NCBI RefSeq assembly: GCF_030144855.1
Contig: NW_026781736.1
Location: 62,001 to 126,000, forward strand
Length of the DNA stretch: 64,000 nt
From: Hypanus sabinus
Lineage: Eukaryota
Direction of reading: 5' to 3'
Shown: positions 1-13,169 of the stretch, one piece after another
Numbering within the stretch: position 1 is the stretch's first letter
Layout of the letters: each line of letters begins with the position of its first letter
Notes under the pieces: model-generated
Databases searched by the model: none
What the model was told of the DNA's origin: nothing
What the model saw: only the letters and a program-made list of their open reading frames with translations
Position numbers and translations under genes: made by a program

Positions 1-43
1 TAACACTTGAGATGTGGTTTAAACTGTGCATTTGATCACTCAC

Positions 44-109
44 CTATCAGCTGAGTGGGTAATTCAGATAAACCTTGGGCGATGTTCATGTATTCCTGTG
101 GATCAGGAC
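44..109 (-). CDS. NLR gene coding exon 5 (linker before the NACHT exon; gene continues beyond the window's left edge)
   Basis: aaacag|GT...G|gtgagt; 66 nt, phase 1-1: GPDPQEYMNIAQGLSELPTQLI. Confidence 0.85.
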
Positions 110-216
110 CTGTTTAAATATAAAAATGAATCCATTGAAACAGAGCTGAAATAATTAAAATAACTAAATTGTTTATCTCATTGTGCCTTTGTGTTCAGTG
201 CGTGGTTTTAACATAC

Positions 217-388
217 CGAGTTCCTGTATTTCCCTCAGTATTCTGTCCAACTTCGGTAACTCAGTCCTCCACATCAGAAAGGATTCCCACATCGCCCTCC
301 GGGCCCGGGAGCCTTTGCCATTCACCAGACTGAGGAAGAGTCTGGAACTCTCTGCCCGGTTTCCCTTCTCTATCAGCTCAGTGACTTT
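217..388 (-). CDS. NLR gene coding exon 4 (second half of death-fold/CARD-like domain)
   Basis: tttgtag|AAA...G|gtatgt; 172 nt, phase 0-1: KVTELIEKGNRAESSRLFLSLVNGKGSRARRAMWESFLMWRTELPKLDRILREIQEL. The KGSRARRxMWESF segment is typical of elasmobranch NLRs. Confidence 0.9.
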
Positions 389-707
389 CTACAAAAGGAA
401 ACAATGGACTTACTGTGGAGCAGACAGACAGACATGGAGAATGTGCAGGAAAGTATCTGTTCATGGCCCCAGTAGCTTCAGAACAGATGCAGTCACTGGG
501 CTGCTGCCTCATCCTCTCTGGGTTCAGTCATTAACAGAGAAACAGTAACTGAAGGAAATTCTAAATCAATAGTGTGTAAGAATAAGGATTTACTGACACT
601 CTGCAGTAGATGCGATGTGATTAATTTCCTTGATCTGTCAATGTGCAGCATTACATCAACAAGATGTGACAACAAGAACGGAAGAGAGGGGAGAGAGAGA
701 GAGCAAA

Positions 708-3055
708 ATCAAATGGATGGCGGGCATCACTGAATCATGGCTGACAAAAGTTTATAGTTGGATGGTTAAATCCAAGGATAAATATTGAATCGAAAGGATA
801 CGCAGGTAGGTGAAAGTGTTGGGTCGAAACTGCTGTCATTAAAAATGAGAAGTCCTGAGAAAGAGGTGAGGTCGGATTAGATGATTTGGATGTTAAGAAA
901 CTGCGTGAGTAAAGTGACCCTGAAGGAAATTATATACAGGCATGTTAACAGTAGCCAGGATGTGGGCTACAAATTACAACGGGGGAGAGGAGTGGCATGG
1001 AAAAAGGTCAATGCTAAAATTGTCACGGGGAGTTTCAATATCCAGGTAGCTTTGGAAAATCAGGTCGGTACTGAATCCCAAGTGAAGGAATGTATAGAAT
1101 GCCTATGAGATGGCTTCTGAGAGAAGCTTATGGTTGAGCCCACTACAGGAAAGGCAGATCTGGATTCTGTGTTGTGTATTGAACCAGATTTGATTAGGAA
1201 GCTTCAACTGAATAAACCCTTAAGAGGCAGTGATCATAAAATAGAAAAACTCAGCCAGCAGGTTGAAAGGGAGAAGGTAAAGTTAGAGGTATCAGTGCTA
1301 CAGTAGAATAAATGAATTACCTAGGCATGAGAGCGGAGCTGGGCATTAATAAATTCGAAAATGACACTAACAGGGACAATGGCAGAGCAGGAATGGCTGA
1401 AGTTTCTCGGAGGACAAACAATCACAATGATGAAGAATTATTCTAAAGGGAGGATGATCAACCGTGGCTGACGAGGTAGTCAAAGCAGCACAAAAGCAAA
1501 GGTGAGGGCACAGAGTATTACAAAATATAGCAGAAAGCTGGAGGACTGGGATGTTTTTACAAATCAACAGAAGGTAATTCAAAAACCGTAAATAGAGAAA
1601 ATATGAAATAGGAAGGCAGGCGAGAGAATAATGTAAGATAGCTTACCAAAATGTACGTCTGATATATGAAGATTGAAAGAGAGGAGAGTGGATATTGGAC
1701 CACAGAAAATGACAGTGGAGAGGTACTGTCAGGGGACAAGGAAATGCCGGAAGATATTGGTCAGCATTTTGCGTCAGTCCTCATTGTAAAAACACTAGAA
1801 CGTGCCAGATATTTGAGAATGTCCGGTGGCAGAAGTGAGTGTATTTGCAATTATTGCGGAGAAGTCGATCGGAAAGCTGAAAGTTCTGAAGATAGATGAG
1901 TCCAGATGAACTCACCCGATTGCTTCTGAAAGAGGAGGCTGAAGAGATTGTGGAGACATTAGTAATGATCGCTCAAGAATCACTAGATTTTGGAATGGTT
2001 CCGGAGGACAGATCATTTTTAAACTATAGGCCAGTTAGTCTGATCAGCGTTTGGGAAGATGTCAGCAGCTGATAATTGAGGATAAGGTTTTGGGGTATTC
2101 GGACGCACATGATAAGAAAAAGGCCAACATCCATGGAAGGGAATCATGCCTGACAGAACTGTTGGAATTTTTTCAGAGAACAGCATGCTGGGTCGACAAC
2201 AGAGAGTCAGTGCAAGTTGTTTACTTGGACTTCCCGAGGACCTTTGACCAGGTGTCCCACATAGACCGATGAAAAAATGGACATATCAGTGGCAATTGGA
2301 ATGTGGTATTGTGAGGTACGTGGCCATATACTTTAGCAGAAATAATGAAGAAGTAGACTATTTTTGAATCTGGGAGAAAATTCAGAAATCGGAGTTGTAA
2401 AGGGTCTCTGGAGACCTGGTGCAGGATTCCGTGCAGGTTGAGTCTGTGTTAGGAAAGACAAATACAATGCCAGTATTCATTTCGAGAGGATCAGAATATA
2501 AGCACAAGCACTGGCCAGACCGCACCTGCATATTTTGATCCCCTGATCAGAGAAAATATGTGATGGCGTTGTGAAAAATCCAGAGAGGAATCTAACCGAA
2601 CAGAACCTGTGATATTAAACTAGATTTTGATGGGAATGGATCCTGGATGCACCTGTAGTGGCTGGAGTGTGGGAGTATGAGGGGGAATCTAGTTGCAACC
2701 TGTGGAATATCAAAAGGCATTGAGAGGACGTGGAGATGATGCTTCTAAGTGGGGGAGTCTAGAACCGGACGGAACAGCCTCAGATTAGAGGGACGTCCAT
2801 TTAGAGCAGAGATGAGGAGATTATTTAGCTGAGGAGTAGTGAATCTGTAGAATTCATTGGCAGTGACAGCTGCGGAGAATAGGTCATTGAGTATATTTAA
2901 AACAGAGGTTGATATCTTCTTGACTAGTGATCAGAAAAGTTCACTGGGCGAAGGCAGGAGAATGGGGTTGAGGGGGATAGTAAATCCCCATGATGTAATG
3001 GCGGAGCAGAATCGATGGGCCTAATGGACAATTGTGCTCTTATGGTCTCATGATG
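708..3055 (+). mobile_element. decayed CR1-family LINE (endonuclease to RT to 3' tail), antisense in an NLR intron
   Basis: Remnant ORF2 motifs (ITESWL, NYRPVSL, SCLTELLEFF, VYLDF, DQVSH) with many stops and frameshifts; CR1-type 3' end near 3010-3050. Confidence 0.85.
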
Positions 3056-3289
3056 TGTAAAGACAAAATAAGATTAAGAAATGTCAGTGCGGCTATCTTA
3101 TAATGGAGATGGTTACTGCCTGGCACTCATACTGTAAAATGGTAATGACTTCCTGAACGCAGGCATGGGCTTCCTGATTAACTGAAAAATTATGAATTAA
3201 ACTTTGAATAGTCTTCAAGCAACATACACCTATGCTGGAATTAAGGTAACTGAATATGGATGGGCTTAGGACATTGCTCTGAGAAATAA

Positions 3290-3372
3290 GAGAGGCAGCG
3301 TTTAAGGGTAAGCACAACGTTGTGGGCCGAAGGGCCTGTACCGTGCTGTACTGTTCTATGTTCTATGTTCTC
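3290..3372 (+). mobile_element. CR1/SINE 3' tail fragment
   Basis: gggccgaagggcctgtaccgtgctgtactgttctatgttctatgttct, a CR1-type tail with (gttctat)n. Confidence 0.65.
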
Positions 3373-4019
3373 TGTCCCGGATTTGAATGGATGATCTCCT
3401 AGAACAGTTACCAGTAGGGAATTGGAAAGGTTTTCCATAACACGATGAATGGACAACAATTATGTAACAAATCTGCATAATTCCCTGATGGTCCACTGCA
3501 CTGTAAAATAATCCCTCAGTTTCACTACTACCAGGTCTGAGGAGTTACCGTTGTGAAAGAAATTTAACCAGTAAAGCAGACGTCTCCAGATGACGAATTT
3601 ATAGATCGGCATCATATTTACAGATTACCCATCTTGCCTTTGGATAATGCCTGTGTGATTCATTACAAACAGCGCCAATGAATCCCAACGGGAACAGAGT
3701 TCCTCACGGGTGCAACACACTTGATTTTCTAATACCACTCATGGCTGAATAGGTCAGATCTAGGACAAGACAATCACTGTTTGTGAGCTCCAAGGAGCTG
3801 AAATGGTGTGTCCCTGTCTCTCATTAGTCAGATATTCAGCAAGTTAGCAGATTTATTTTTTGTTTGCCCCTTCCCTTTCAGGACAACCTGTTGATTTTTT
3901 GGGATCATGAGATATCAGCCAGTCAGCAGATTTATGTTTTGTGCTTTCTTCTGCACTTTTAGATCAAACTGTTGATGTTTGTGGTCGTACGATATCAGCT
4001 TTGTGCGTGATCTTTCACA

Positions 4020-5140
4020 TCCAATCAATCTCAGAGTTTTTCGTGGAAGTTAACAAGAAAGTTGATGCAGGCAAGCTTGTGGATATTGTCTACATGGACG
4101 TCAGCACGGTATTTGTCAAGGTCCCGTATAGGAGGTCGGTCTAGAAGATTCAGTTGCTTAGCATTCAAGATAAAGTAGTAAACTGGATTAGACACTATAG
4201 ATTGTTGCATTTCTGATTGGTGCCTGTATCTCGTGCAGTGACACGGGGATCGGTGCTGTGCCTGTTGTTGTTTGTCATCTATATCAATGATCTGGTTGAA
4301 ATTACGGTTAACAGCATCAGCAAATTTGCTGTTGACTCCAACATTTGGAAGGTGCAGTGGACAAAGAGGAAGACTACACGACCTTGCAGTGAGGTCTGGA
4401 CCAACTGAAGAATGCGCTTAAAAGGGGAAGATGCAACTTAATGCAGGCTGATGGACCAATCAGTGTAGATCTTACTGAGAGACCGGTAGAACAAAGTGAT
4501 CTGGGAATACAGGAACATAAGTCATTAAAAGTGGCAGCAAATGTTGCTAGGCTCTGAAAGAAAGTTTCTTAGCGCATTAACCTTGGTAAATGAAAATATC
4601 GTGTACGATATGATGTTGTATAAGACGTTGGAGAGGCCTATGGAGAGACAGATGGAAATAAGTTTGAAAGAGTTCAGAAAAAAACATTACAAGGATCTTA
4701 CCTGGACTGGAAAACCTAAGTTATAAGAAAAGAGTGAACTGATTAGGACTTTATTCGTTGGAACATGCAAGATTGAGCGGAGATTTGATAGAAGTGTACA
4801 CAATTACATTGGGATATAGATCGGATAAATGCAAGCAGGCATTTTGTACTGAGGTAAAGAGGTACTACAACAAGAGGTGATCGCTAAAGGGTGAAAGGTG
4901 AAAAGTTCAAAGGGTACAAAGGTGAAACCGGTTTACTCAGAGGGTGGTGAGAGTGCAAAACTGGCTAGCAGGGCAAGTAGTGCAAGTGGTGAAGAGAATT
5001 CTGAATAGATACTTGCATAATGAGCGTATAGAGCGCCATGGCCCGGTACAGGTCAATGGGAATAAGTAGATTCTGTAGTCTGCCATGCAATAGATGGGCC
5101 AAAGGCCTGTTTCTGCACTGTAATTTGCTGTGACTATGAC
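4020..5140 (+). mobile_element. decayed CR1 LINE, RT region to 3' end
   Basis: EFFVEVNKKVDAGKLVDIVYMD, GSVLCLLLFVIYINDL and ISKFAVDS motifs. Confidence 0.8.
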
Positions 5141-5589
5141 AAGTCAGCCACACATTGTTTGGGAACTCACGGAACCAAGACAAGCTGTGGTTAGCTGGTT
5201 TCCCTCCCTCAGGTACCGCAGTGAAGCCGGTTGGCCCAATTGACAGATTAATACTCATCCTGGATTAATGAGATGAGGTGAAGCTACCCGACGGTTCAGC
5301 CAAGTTTTGAAATTAGTTTCAGACTGAATGACTTTTGGAAGTCCAGATATGCAGCCACTGCTCTTACTTCACACTGATAAATACAGCAGGTGATACAGGA
5401 AAAGGTGATGCTAAACCTGCAGTTCCCAGTGCTCCCCACCTTAAAAACTGAAACCAGATCTGCGAGAGACAAGACAGAGCTCAATGTCTCCATTCCCAGG
5501 TCGATCTCCTAAAACGTGCAGGAGATTAATGTTGATCACAATTCCCCCTGATACCAGCAGATCAGTGACAATACACGAACTGCACTCAC

Positions 5590-5756
5590 CTCATTTTCTT
5601 CTCTACTGAAATGTCCCTCCTTTGTCAACATCAAACCGAGTCTCTCAACCTTTTCTTCAATTGCTTGTTTGAGTCTGTCCCTGTAGAACTTTGTCAGTTG
5701 GTACAGTCGATATTCCTCCCCCTCTGCCAGGAGGTCGGAGATTGTAAACTCTGGCT
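5590..5756 (-). CDS. NLR gene coding exon 3 (first half of helical death-fold/CARD-like domain)
   Basis: ttcacag|AG...GAG|gtgagt; 167 nt, phase 1-0: EPEFTISDLLAEGEEYRLYQLTKFYRDRLKQAIEEKVERLGLMLTKEGHFSREENE. Recognised from memory as similar to N-termini of shark/ray NLR proteins. Confidence 0.88.
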
Positions 5757-5865
5757 CTGTGAATATAAAAAGGTAAATGTAGGCGTGAACTCAGATATCC
5801 CTCGTCTCCACCGTTCTCACCCAACTCAACAAAAAACCATGTCTTGAACCTGCCTACAGATACAA

Positions 5866-6804
5866 AATTGGATTAATTCTCCATCTCCAACACCATCACA
5901 CTGAGCACGGAGTCTCCCTCTGGCTGTGTGCACAGACCACTGCTGTTCACTCTGCTGACCCACGACTGTGCTGCAACACACAGCAAGAACGACAAGTCAG
6001 CTTACAGAGAGGAGGTGCAGCAGCTAACGGACTGGTGCAGAGCCAGCAGCCTGTCTCTGACTGTGAACAAAACTAATTTCTTGGTGTACATCTAGCTGAG
6101 AATCTCAACTGGTCCCACAACACCAGCTCCACAGAAAAGAAAGCCCAGCAGCGTCTCCACTTTCTGCGAATGCTGAGGAAAGTCCATCTCCCACCCCCCA
6201 TCCTCATCACATTCTACAGGGGTTGTATTGAGAGCATCCTGAGCAGCTGCACCACTGCCTGGTTCGGAAATTGCACCATCTCAGACCGCAAGACCCTGTA
6301 GCATATAGTGAAGCCAGCTGAGAAGACCATCGAGGTCTCTCTTCCCGCCATCACGGACACTTACGCCACACGCTGCATCCGTAAAGCCAGCAGCATTATA
6401 AAGGATCCATGCACCCCTCATACAATCTCTTCTCCCTCCTGCCAGCTGGGAACATGCACCGAAGCATTCGGGCTCTCCCGGCCAGACTACGTAACAGTTT
6501 CTTCCCCCAAGCTATCAGAATCCACAATACCCAGCGCCTGGACTGACACCTTATTGCCCTATTGTCACGTATATAATGTCTGCACTGTTTTGTGCACTTT
6601 ATGTAGTCCTAGATTGGTGTGTAGTTTAGTGTAGTTGTTGTGTGTGTGTTTCTTTTCCTCTGTGTTGTTTTTTACGTAGTTCAGTCTAATTTGTGTAATG
6701 TGTCATGTAACACCATGGTCCTGAAAAACGACTCATTTTTACTATGTACTGTATCAGCAGTAATGGTCGAAATGGCAATAAAAAAGTGACTTGACTTGAC
6801 TTGA
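5866..6804 (+). mobile_element. Rex1/Babar- or L2-like non-LTR retroelement, 3' fragment
   Basis: RT-like remnants (GCV..PLLFTLLTHDC; [11 protein letters not shown]; [10 protein letters not shown]). Ends with aataaa followed by a (gactt)n tail at ~6777-6804. Confidence 0.75.
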
Positions 6805-7239
6805 ATCTAACACTTGCCTTAAAGCCTAACCAACAATGTTCTAGGCATTACGTAATAGAAGAACCACATTTAATATAAACCAGTCCATCCCCCATCCGAC
6901 CCATTCACCTATTTAAATTTGGATGGGCATAAATGTTGGGACTGTTGGTAATATTCGCTTCCCAGAGATACTCTCTCCATCCTGGCGAATACATTTCCCC
7001 TGATACACATCCCGGAAACACTCTCCTCATCTGGACAGCTGCATTTCCTCCAATTCACATCCTGGAAATCCTCAGAGCAGGTAGTACATTTCCTGTAGTG
7101 GGGTAATGGCTGCCCAGTGCACCACATGTACCACACCCACACATTTTCCCTCTCCTCCGACCAACCCTCCAACAAGACCTCACCTTTGCCCTCCACCCTG
7201 CCGCATTCTGTGAGCACATCACCCTCATATTTCACTCAC

Positions 7240-7527
7240 CCGCTCGTTCTTGGGGACTTGACAGTTCTGTGTTCAATGAGCTTCCGAGCTGACAGGCAGT
7301 CGCCTCACTTTTGCCGGTTCCAGGGTCCGGATCTGTGTCTCTGACGTCACTGTCTCTGGGCTGAATTTGCTCCTCCTCCTCTGCGGCCGTACCGCATTCC
7401 ATTGGGACACCGCTCTCAATCTGACTCTGCTTTGGTACCTTGCTTCCCGTGTCCAGATCATCTTCCCTCGATGATCTGCCTGTTAAAATCCTCTTCAGTC
7501 TTTTCCCTGCTCGTTTCCATTTCGCAC
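7240..7527 (-). CDS. NLR gene coding exon 2 (basic then acidic low-complexity N-terminal region)
   Basis: tttcag|GT...G|gtgagt; 288 nt, phase 1-1, open: AKWKRAGKRLKRILTGRSSREDDLDTGSKVPKQSQIESGVPMECGTAAEEEEQIQPRDSDVRDTDPDPGTGKSEATACQLGSSLNTELSSPQERA. Confidence 0.8.
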
Positions 7528-8313
7528 CTGAAATAAGTGATGAATTGCAGGTTATACAAGTATGATTTAGATCTGAGCAAAACTGATTCAGTTTGCAATG
7601 GAGCCGAGACTCTGGCTGACCAGATTTGGAGTGGAACTCTGCTGGTTAATGTGACCCGTACATCCTGTCAGGTGACCATCACGATAAGCCGGTGACTGGA
7701 CACATTTACTCCCAGTAAAATAGCACGGCAAGCGCAGTAATACTAATCACAGCAGTTGAACACACGGGTGACCACGGGATCATAATGCACCGGTGTCCGG
7801 TGATACTGGGAAATATCACTGTGATTATCTTCCACAAGCTAAAATCTCCCTCGGTCACTAACTGTCCAGTAGTCTGTGTCACACAAAGACCAGCAACGGG
7901 ATTACACATGGTCCAGTCTGCTGGATCACACATTCTCCAGTTGCTTTGTCACACGAGGAGCTGGAGACTGGACAAGGGGACTGGAGTCCCCTTGGTCACC
8001 GACTGACCATTCCCTTGAGACACACGTCCTCTGGTCCCCTGGGTCGCAGGCTGTATATTCCCTTGCGATCTATGCTGTCCTCTCCCCTGGTTCCCATGTT
8101 ATCCCCCACCTGCTGATCATCATGTAACAACTATGCATGTCACTGGTAAAGTCTTGGTTATAGAGCTTTGTGTGTAGTTGCAGTTGCTAATCTATAGGAT
8201 GGAGGTGATGAAGCTGGAAAGTGTGAAGTGAAGAATGAACACTACGGTACTGGGCTAGGGTGTTGTTTTTTGTGTTATATGGTTGGGCTGGGACAGCTTG
8301 CCCTGGAGCTCAG

Positions 8314-8507
8314 NNNNNNNNNNNNNNNNNNNNNNNNNNNNNNNNNNNNNNNNNNNNNNNNNNNNNNNNNNNNNNNNNNNNNNNNNNNNNNNNNNNNNNN
8401 NNNNNNNNNNNNNNNNNNNNNNNNNNNNNNNNNNNNNNNNNNNNNNNNNNNNNNNNNNNNNNNNNNNNNNNNNNNNNNNNNNNNNNNNNNNNNNNNNNNN
8501 NNNNNNN
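8314..8507. other. assembly gap inside a short CR1 fragment
   Basis: Run of N. Confidence 0.99.
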
Positions 8508-9632
8508 TAGGGTAGATGGTCACAGTCTTTTTGCCCGGGTAAGGAAGTCTGAGGCTCGAGGGCAGAGATTTAAAAGGGACCAAAGGGGCATTTTTTCACG
8601 TGGTAGCTGATGGGTATAAATTACATGCATCCGGAAGAGGCCGCAAACACAAACAAAATTACAAAATTGAGAGAATGTGGGCAGGAAAAAGGGGAGAAGA
8701 AGTTTACGAGGGAAGTTTGGGAAAACTGCAGGAAAATGGGACATTTAGATCAGCATGAATTATATGGGCCGAAGGACCCGTTTCCAGGCTGGAGCATCGT
8801 TTTCATTCCAGCTGGAATCTCAGATTTGAGCACAATCACAATGTCTACAGGTGACACAGACATTTGGTCATTGGTTATGCCGGATTTCCCAGCCAAGATC
8901 CTGGGAATTTAAATTCAGGTAGAAGATCATATCAAGAGGGAAATATTTAGAAACTCAGGTTCACCATTTCTCCACAGCCCAGACATTCACTGGGGTGTTA
9001 AAACTCCGAAGCAGATCACAAATGTATCTACAATGAGCTGCCTCCTGATCCTCAGCCATTCCCAGCACCGGCAATGATCTCCGCTCCGCTACAGAAAACA
9101 GATTTCGGTGACACCCCTCCTCCTTTGCGGAGCAGGAAAGAAAAACCACGGGGGAGTTGGTAGCTTTCCTTCCAAAACCTGAAATGCTGTGTCATCATAG
9201 AATCTCTGAAATCCCGGAAATGCTCCTATCATCTGCTTCTGAATTTTATGTGAAAGTTAAGGATGTCTTACATATCAGGGCCTGTCTGGAGGTGAAATGG
9301 ACCCTGACCCTGAACATGGACATAAATCACAAGATCACTGTCACATTCCTGTCTCTGTTTCACTCACGACCACCTGATTCAGGAGTCCCTGCTCCTTTCA
9401 CTCAGCTGAAGCTTTGTATGATGAGCGGAGTGATTCGACCATCACTGGTGTCAGGTCCCTGCGCTGGAACTGTTGGGTTGATCAATTACTCAAGGCCGCT
9501 TTACCAGTGGGATAAATGACACTGCTGGATGAAACTCTTCTATGCACTGTTAACACCTTTGTCAGTTTTTTCATCTGAATTATTGTGTACAAACGCGATA
9601 AAAGTTTAATTCAAAGATCCCGGTAATCATAC

Positions 9633-9642
9633 CTTTGTCCAT
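9633..9642 (-). CDS. NLR (NACHT-LRR, 'NLRP3/NLRC3-like') gene, coding part of first coding exon (MDK/G); whole exon 9633-9729
   Basis: Minus strand reads agaATGGACAAAG|gtatga (A at -3, G at +4, canonical donor), with acceptor tttag at 9730-9734. Phase 1 joins the next exon to give MDKGAKWKRAGKRLKRIL. Confidence 0.7.
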
Positions 9643-10329
9643 TCTGAGTCTGACTGGCGATTGTTGATTGTCGTCGTCTTGTTCACACTTTGGTCGCTCT
9701 GCAGGACAGCTCCACCTGCTGGTGAGGTTCTAAATTTCACAACAAGCAGACAGTGAGTCAGAGAGTACGACTACTTTGCAAATATGACAGTATTTCCATC
9801 CCCTGTAGCATTTGGCATGGAGACCAAACATTCCCTGTTGGTAACCACTTCCACACCATACCTGTTCACTGATACCTGGCGCATCTACTGACAGAGTCAC
9901 AGAGCAATAAAATGCAAATTCAGAATGTTCAGCCCAATGAGACAATGACAACCACAGTGCCCACTGAGATGGTCACAATTTCCTGTGATGGGGCCATCTC
10001 CCTTCTGGCCTTTTCACTCCATCTACACACCCCAAATGCTTTTTGAATTATGGAACTGCACCTGCCTCATCCACTTCCTCTGGTTGTTTCCTCCACATGA
10101 TCCCCAACATCAGCATGAATCCACTGCTGATCAGATTGGGTTTGCAATCTCTTTACCAGACCCTGTCCATTTAGATCCCCGAGATGCTACGATAATCTTC
10201 TCTGTGAACAGCAACTACTAACGTTGTGCATTCTGCGAACTTACCCGTCAAGTAATCCTTGTGCAACCGCATCCAAATTATTGCTACAAAATAACGAATA
10301 TCAAAGGTCCCAACTTGTAGCCCCACGGC

Positions 10330-10520
10330 ACACCGCTAATTACTCGCCTCCATGGCGAGGAGAAATTTTCAACCACCACTCTTTGCTTGCTACCTTGAAG
10401 CTAATTTAGAATACATCCAATTTGCTCTCTCCGGACAGCATGGGACCTGATCATCGAGACCAAGCTGCCATGTGACACCTTGTCAAAGGCTTTACTGAAG
10501 TCCCATGCACAACATCCATG
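10330..10520 (-). mobile_element. CR1 RT fragment
   Basis: Minus-strand DFSKAFDKVSHGSL motif. Confidence 0.7.
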
Positions 10521-11126
10521 GGAACATAACTTTGAATTTCCACCTCTGCTTAATGTCACCTTCACAGGTTCTGACAATGTAATTACCAGAAATGTACTTG
10601 ATGAGGCCAAGGTATGTCAAGGGAAATTATGGTTTGCCATGTGCTAGTTAGGACTGAATAAAAGTCAGTGTTGGGATATTTTGCTTTATAAATGGTCTGT
10701 TCTCAGCAGAGGCCTACGCGACGATGTATTCGAGGGTCGGTATATCACTGCAGATTGCAATAGCCAATGGGATCAAAGGCATGTTGCTGCAGTTCATGGT
10801 AATTCCACATTTCTACAATCACTACAACTCGACACACGTGGGACTTCTTATCAAGGGAGGAAATTGTCAACGCATTTTAAGATGATTATAATGTAACAAG
10901 GAAACATCAGAACTAACCAAAAGCTTCTTCAGAAGATGCAGCACCTTCAAATGAGCAAACACTCAGAGAATGTGAGTGACTGTAAAGAGCTGGGCTTCTG
11001 AAAGCACATTACCAGACCTGGAGTGATTGCAACTTGGTCTGACCAAGGCATTCCACCTATTTCGTACCTTCCTTTGTAAAGATATGTAATATTTACAGGA
11101 CCAGTGTTCGAGTGAATGAGACTCAC

Positions 11127-11285
11127 CAGACTTTCTCCTGACTGAATCAATGAAAACTCTTTTTCTCTTCAGTTGGTACTCTCAGTCCTCGGGCTGGTTC
11201 ACTTGTCGCTGTTCCCTCGTTCTCAGTCGTGGCTTCTTTCCAGCTGTGGGCTTTTCTTCCAATAAATCTCTCACCGCAGGTCTAA
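11127..11285 (-). other. candidate 5'-UTR exon of the NLR gene
   Basis: Strong donor TG|gtgagt at 11126-11121 and a pyrimidine tract with AG acceptors (11287/11283). All three frames contain stops, so it is non-coding or uORF-bearing. Confidence 0.4.
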
Positions 11286-12111
11286 CTTTAACCAGAGAAT
11301 GAAGCACATTAACAATACAAAGGAGAAACGATATTTCTGCTCATTTTTTTCAAAAGCGAATCTCACAGAAATTTAAACGCTGAAGACAAATAAAAAGATC
11401 TCATTGAACAAATCATTAATTGTCCCTCACACGTCACAAATCCTGATACGGGATACGAAGGACTCATCATTCAGTCATGATAAGATATCAGAGCAGAATG
11501 AAGTGATTCAGTCCATCGAGTCTCCTCCATCATTCAATCATGGTTGATTTTTTTTCGCCCCAATGCCATATTCCTGCGTCCTCTTATAAAGTGCTGGAAA
11601 CTCGGTACAGCAGATTGCATCTGTGGAAGACCCAGTATCAGAACTGGGATTATCCAGGATGATGCGTGATATGTTGAAAGCTTAATTGCGCAATTTGGCC
11701 CAGATCTCATCCTTGCTCATACCTATAATGGGGGTTGTACTACACACAGTGTTCTGAAAATGTAGTAAAAGTGATTATCGGGGCATTAATAGTCATATTT
11801 CGAGAGACGAAAACGAAAAGCTCTTGAATTTATAGTAAATTGACCGTCTAGTTGTTCGCTGCTCAGAATTAGTTCTATATTGTTAAGCAGCTGAGCAACA
11901 TTGCCTCACAGTACGCTCCCACGGGCAAGGCGAAATGATTAATAATTTTTCTTGCGTTATTCATTATTATTTCCTGGATACCAGAGAGGTTCCCGGTGAA
12001 ACTGTTTTGTCCACTCTATTGACTTTTAACATCTCCTCTATAACAGAAAGCACGATAATGTACAATATTCAATAGTGATTAATATGCATAGAATGCAACA
12101 TGCTTCGTCTC

Positions 12112-12456
12112 CAATGTTCCCTCTAATTACTATTTTTGCAGCTGCGTGGATTAACCATTGCTCTGAGCCGGGAATTTTCACACAGCCTGAAAAAAGCACA
12201 GCATCGTTGTTGTGTCCTCTTTTGTAAAATTCATCTATGAATATTTTAGGATGAAGACAGACGAGAAAAAAACAAACATTCTTTTGATTTTAATTACTAA
12301 ATAAAGTATAGGATAAAAATGCAGTACAAAAAGAAAAAAAAAATCAGGTTTCATAAACGTTTATCCGACAGTGTTTAATTCCATCTGCGCTACAACAAAG
12401 GCTCCGTTCGCGGGAGCATTTTGGTTATGCAGACGCGCAGTTTAGAGGGAACAGTG
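12112..12456. mobile_element. MITE, probably hAT type
   Basis: 15-bp terminal inverted repeats caatgttccctctaa (12112-12126) / ttagagggaacagtg (12442-12456), 14/15 match; no clear TSD. Confidence 0.55.
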
Positions 12457-12619
12457 ACGGGTCTCTCTCTCTCCAGATTATCCCCACCTTATAATTGTGT
12501 TTTGTCCACTGCCTTGCCTGAGACAGCCTGTTGTTAGAAACATGCAAATCGTCAACCATCAGGCCCTGATCTCATCCGTGTTCATATTCGAGATGGGTGA
12601 GGGTTTGCCTAAATGGGAA

Positions 12620-13169
12620 ATGCACTAAATGGCCTCTTCGGTAGGTACAAGAGTATACCAGCTCATTAATGCGAATCTCTTAATCATCTGCTTGCAACTC
12701 AAAGCACAAACACATGCAGATACGGTCAACGGGTTCAGTTGTTATTCAGGCCAAACATCTGAAGAGGAAATAAATGTGATGTAAGTGACGTTGACCGGGG
12801 AATGATCGCTGGTGCCAGACCGGGAGGTCTGAGTGTTACGGAAACTGATCAGCAGCTTAGATTCTCAAGTATAAATCTCTTGGTTTACTGAGAATGGTCC
12901 GGAATCAAACCAAAGGAAACTCCAGTGAACAGCGGTTCTAAAGGCCGTGTTAATGGGAGAACTCAGTGAGATTGGGAAGACTGATTAAATCCGACAGGAA
13001 AGCGGCAAGAACTCAAATAACCACGCACTCCAACAGCGGAGTGCAAGAGAGCGTCACTGAGCACCGAACATAGAATGTGGACGGGGTGCAGCCGCAGTAA
13101 ACCCGAGCATTCACTCAGTGTCACATCATTAGGAACAGGGGTACATAAAAGCTGGCCCCCTGAGTGTAG
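12620..13169 (+). mobile_element. non-autonomous Tc1/mariner element with transposase N-terminal remnants
   Basis: Remnant CDVSDVDRGMIAGAR...LSVTET...DRKA..TQITT. Ends with the Tc1-type terminus ...cctgagtgta; a mini version of the terminus lies at ~17073-17130. Confidence 0.7.

Noticed and set aside
183-548. 121-aa plus-strand ORF
   Set aside because: Antisense shadow of NLR exon 217-388.
11127-11285. VRPAV start resembling stefin A exon 2
   Set aside because: Similarity is limited to five residues, splice phase differs, and there is an in-frame stop; coincidence.
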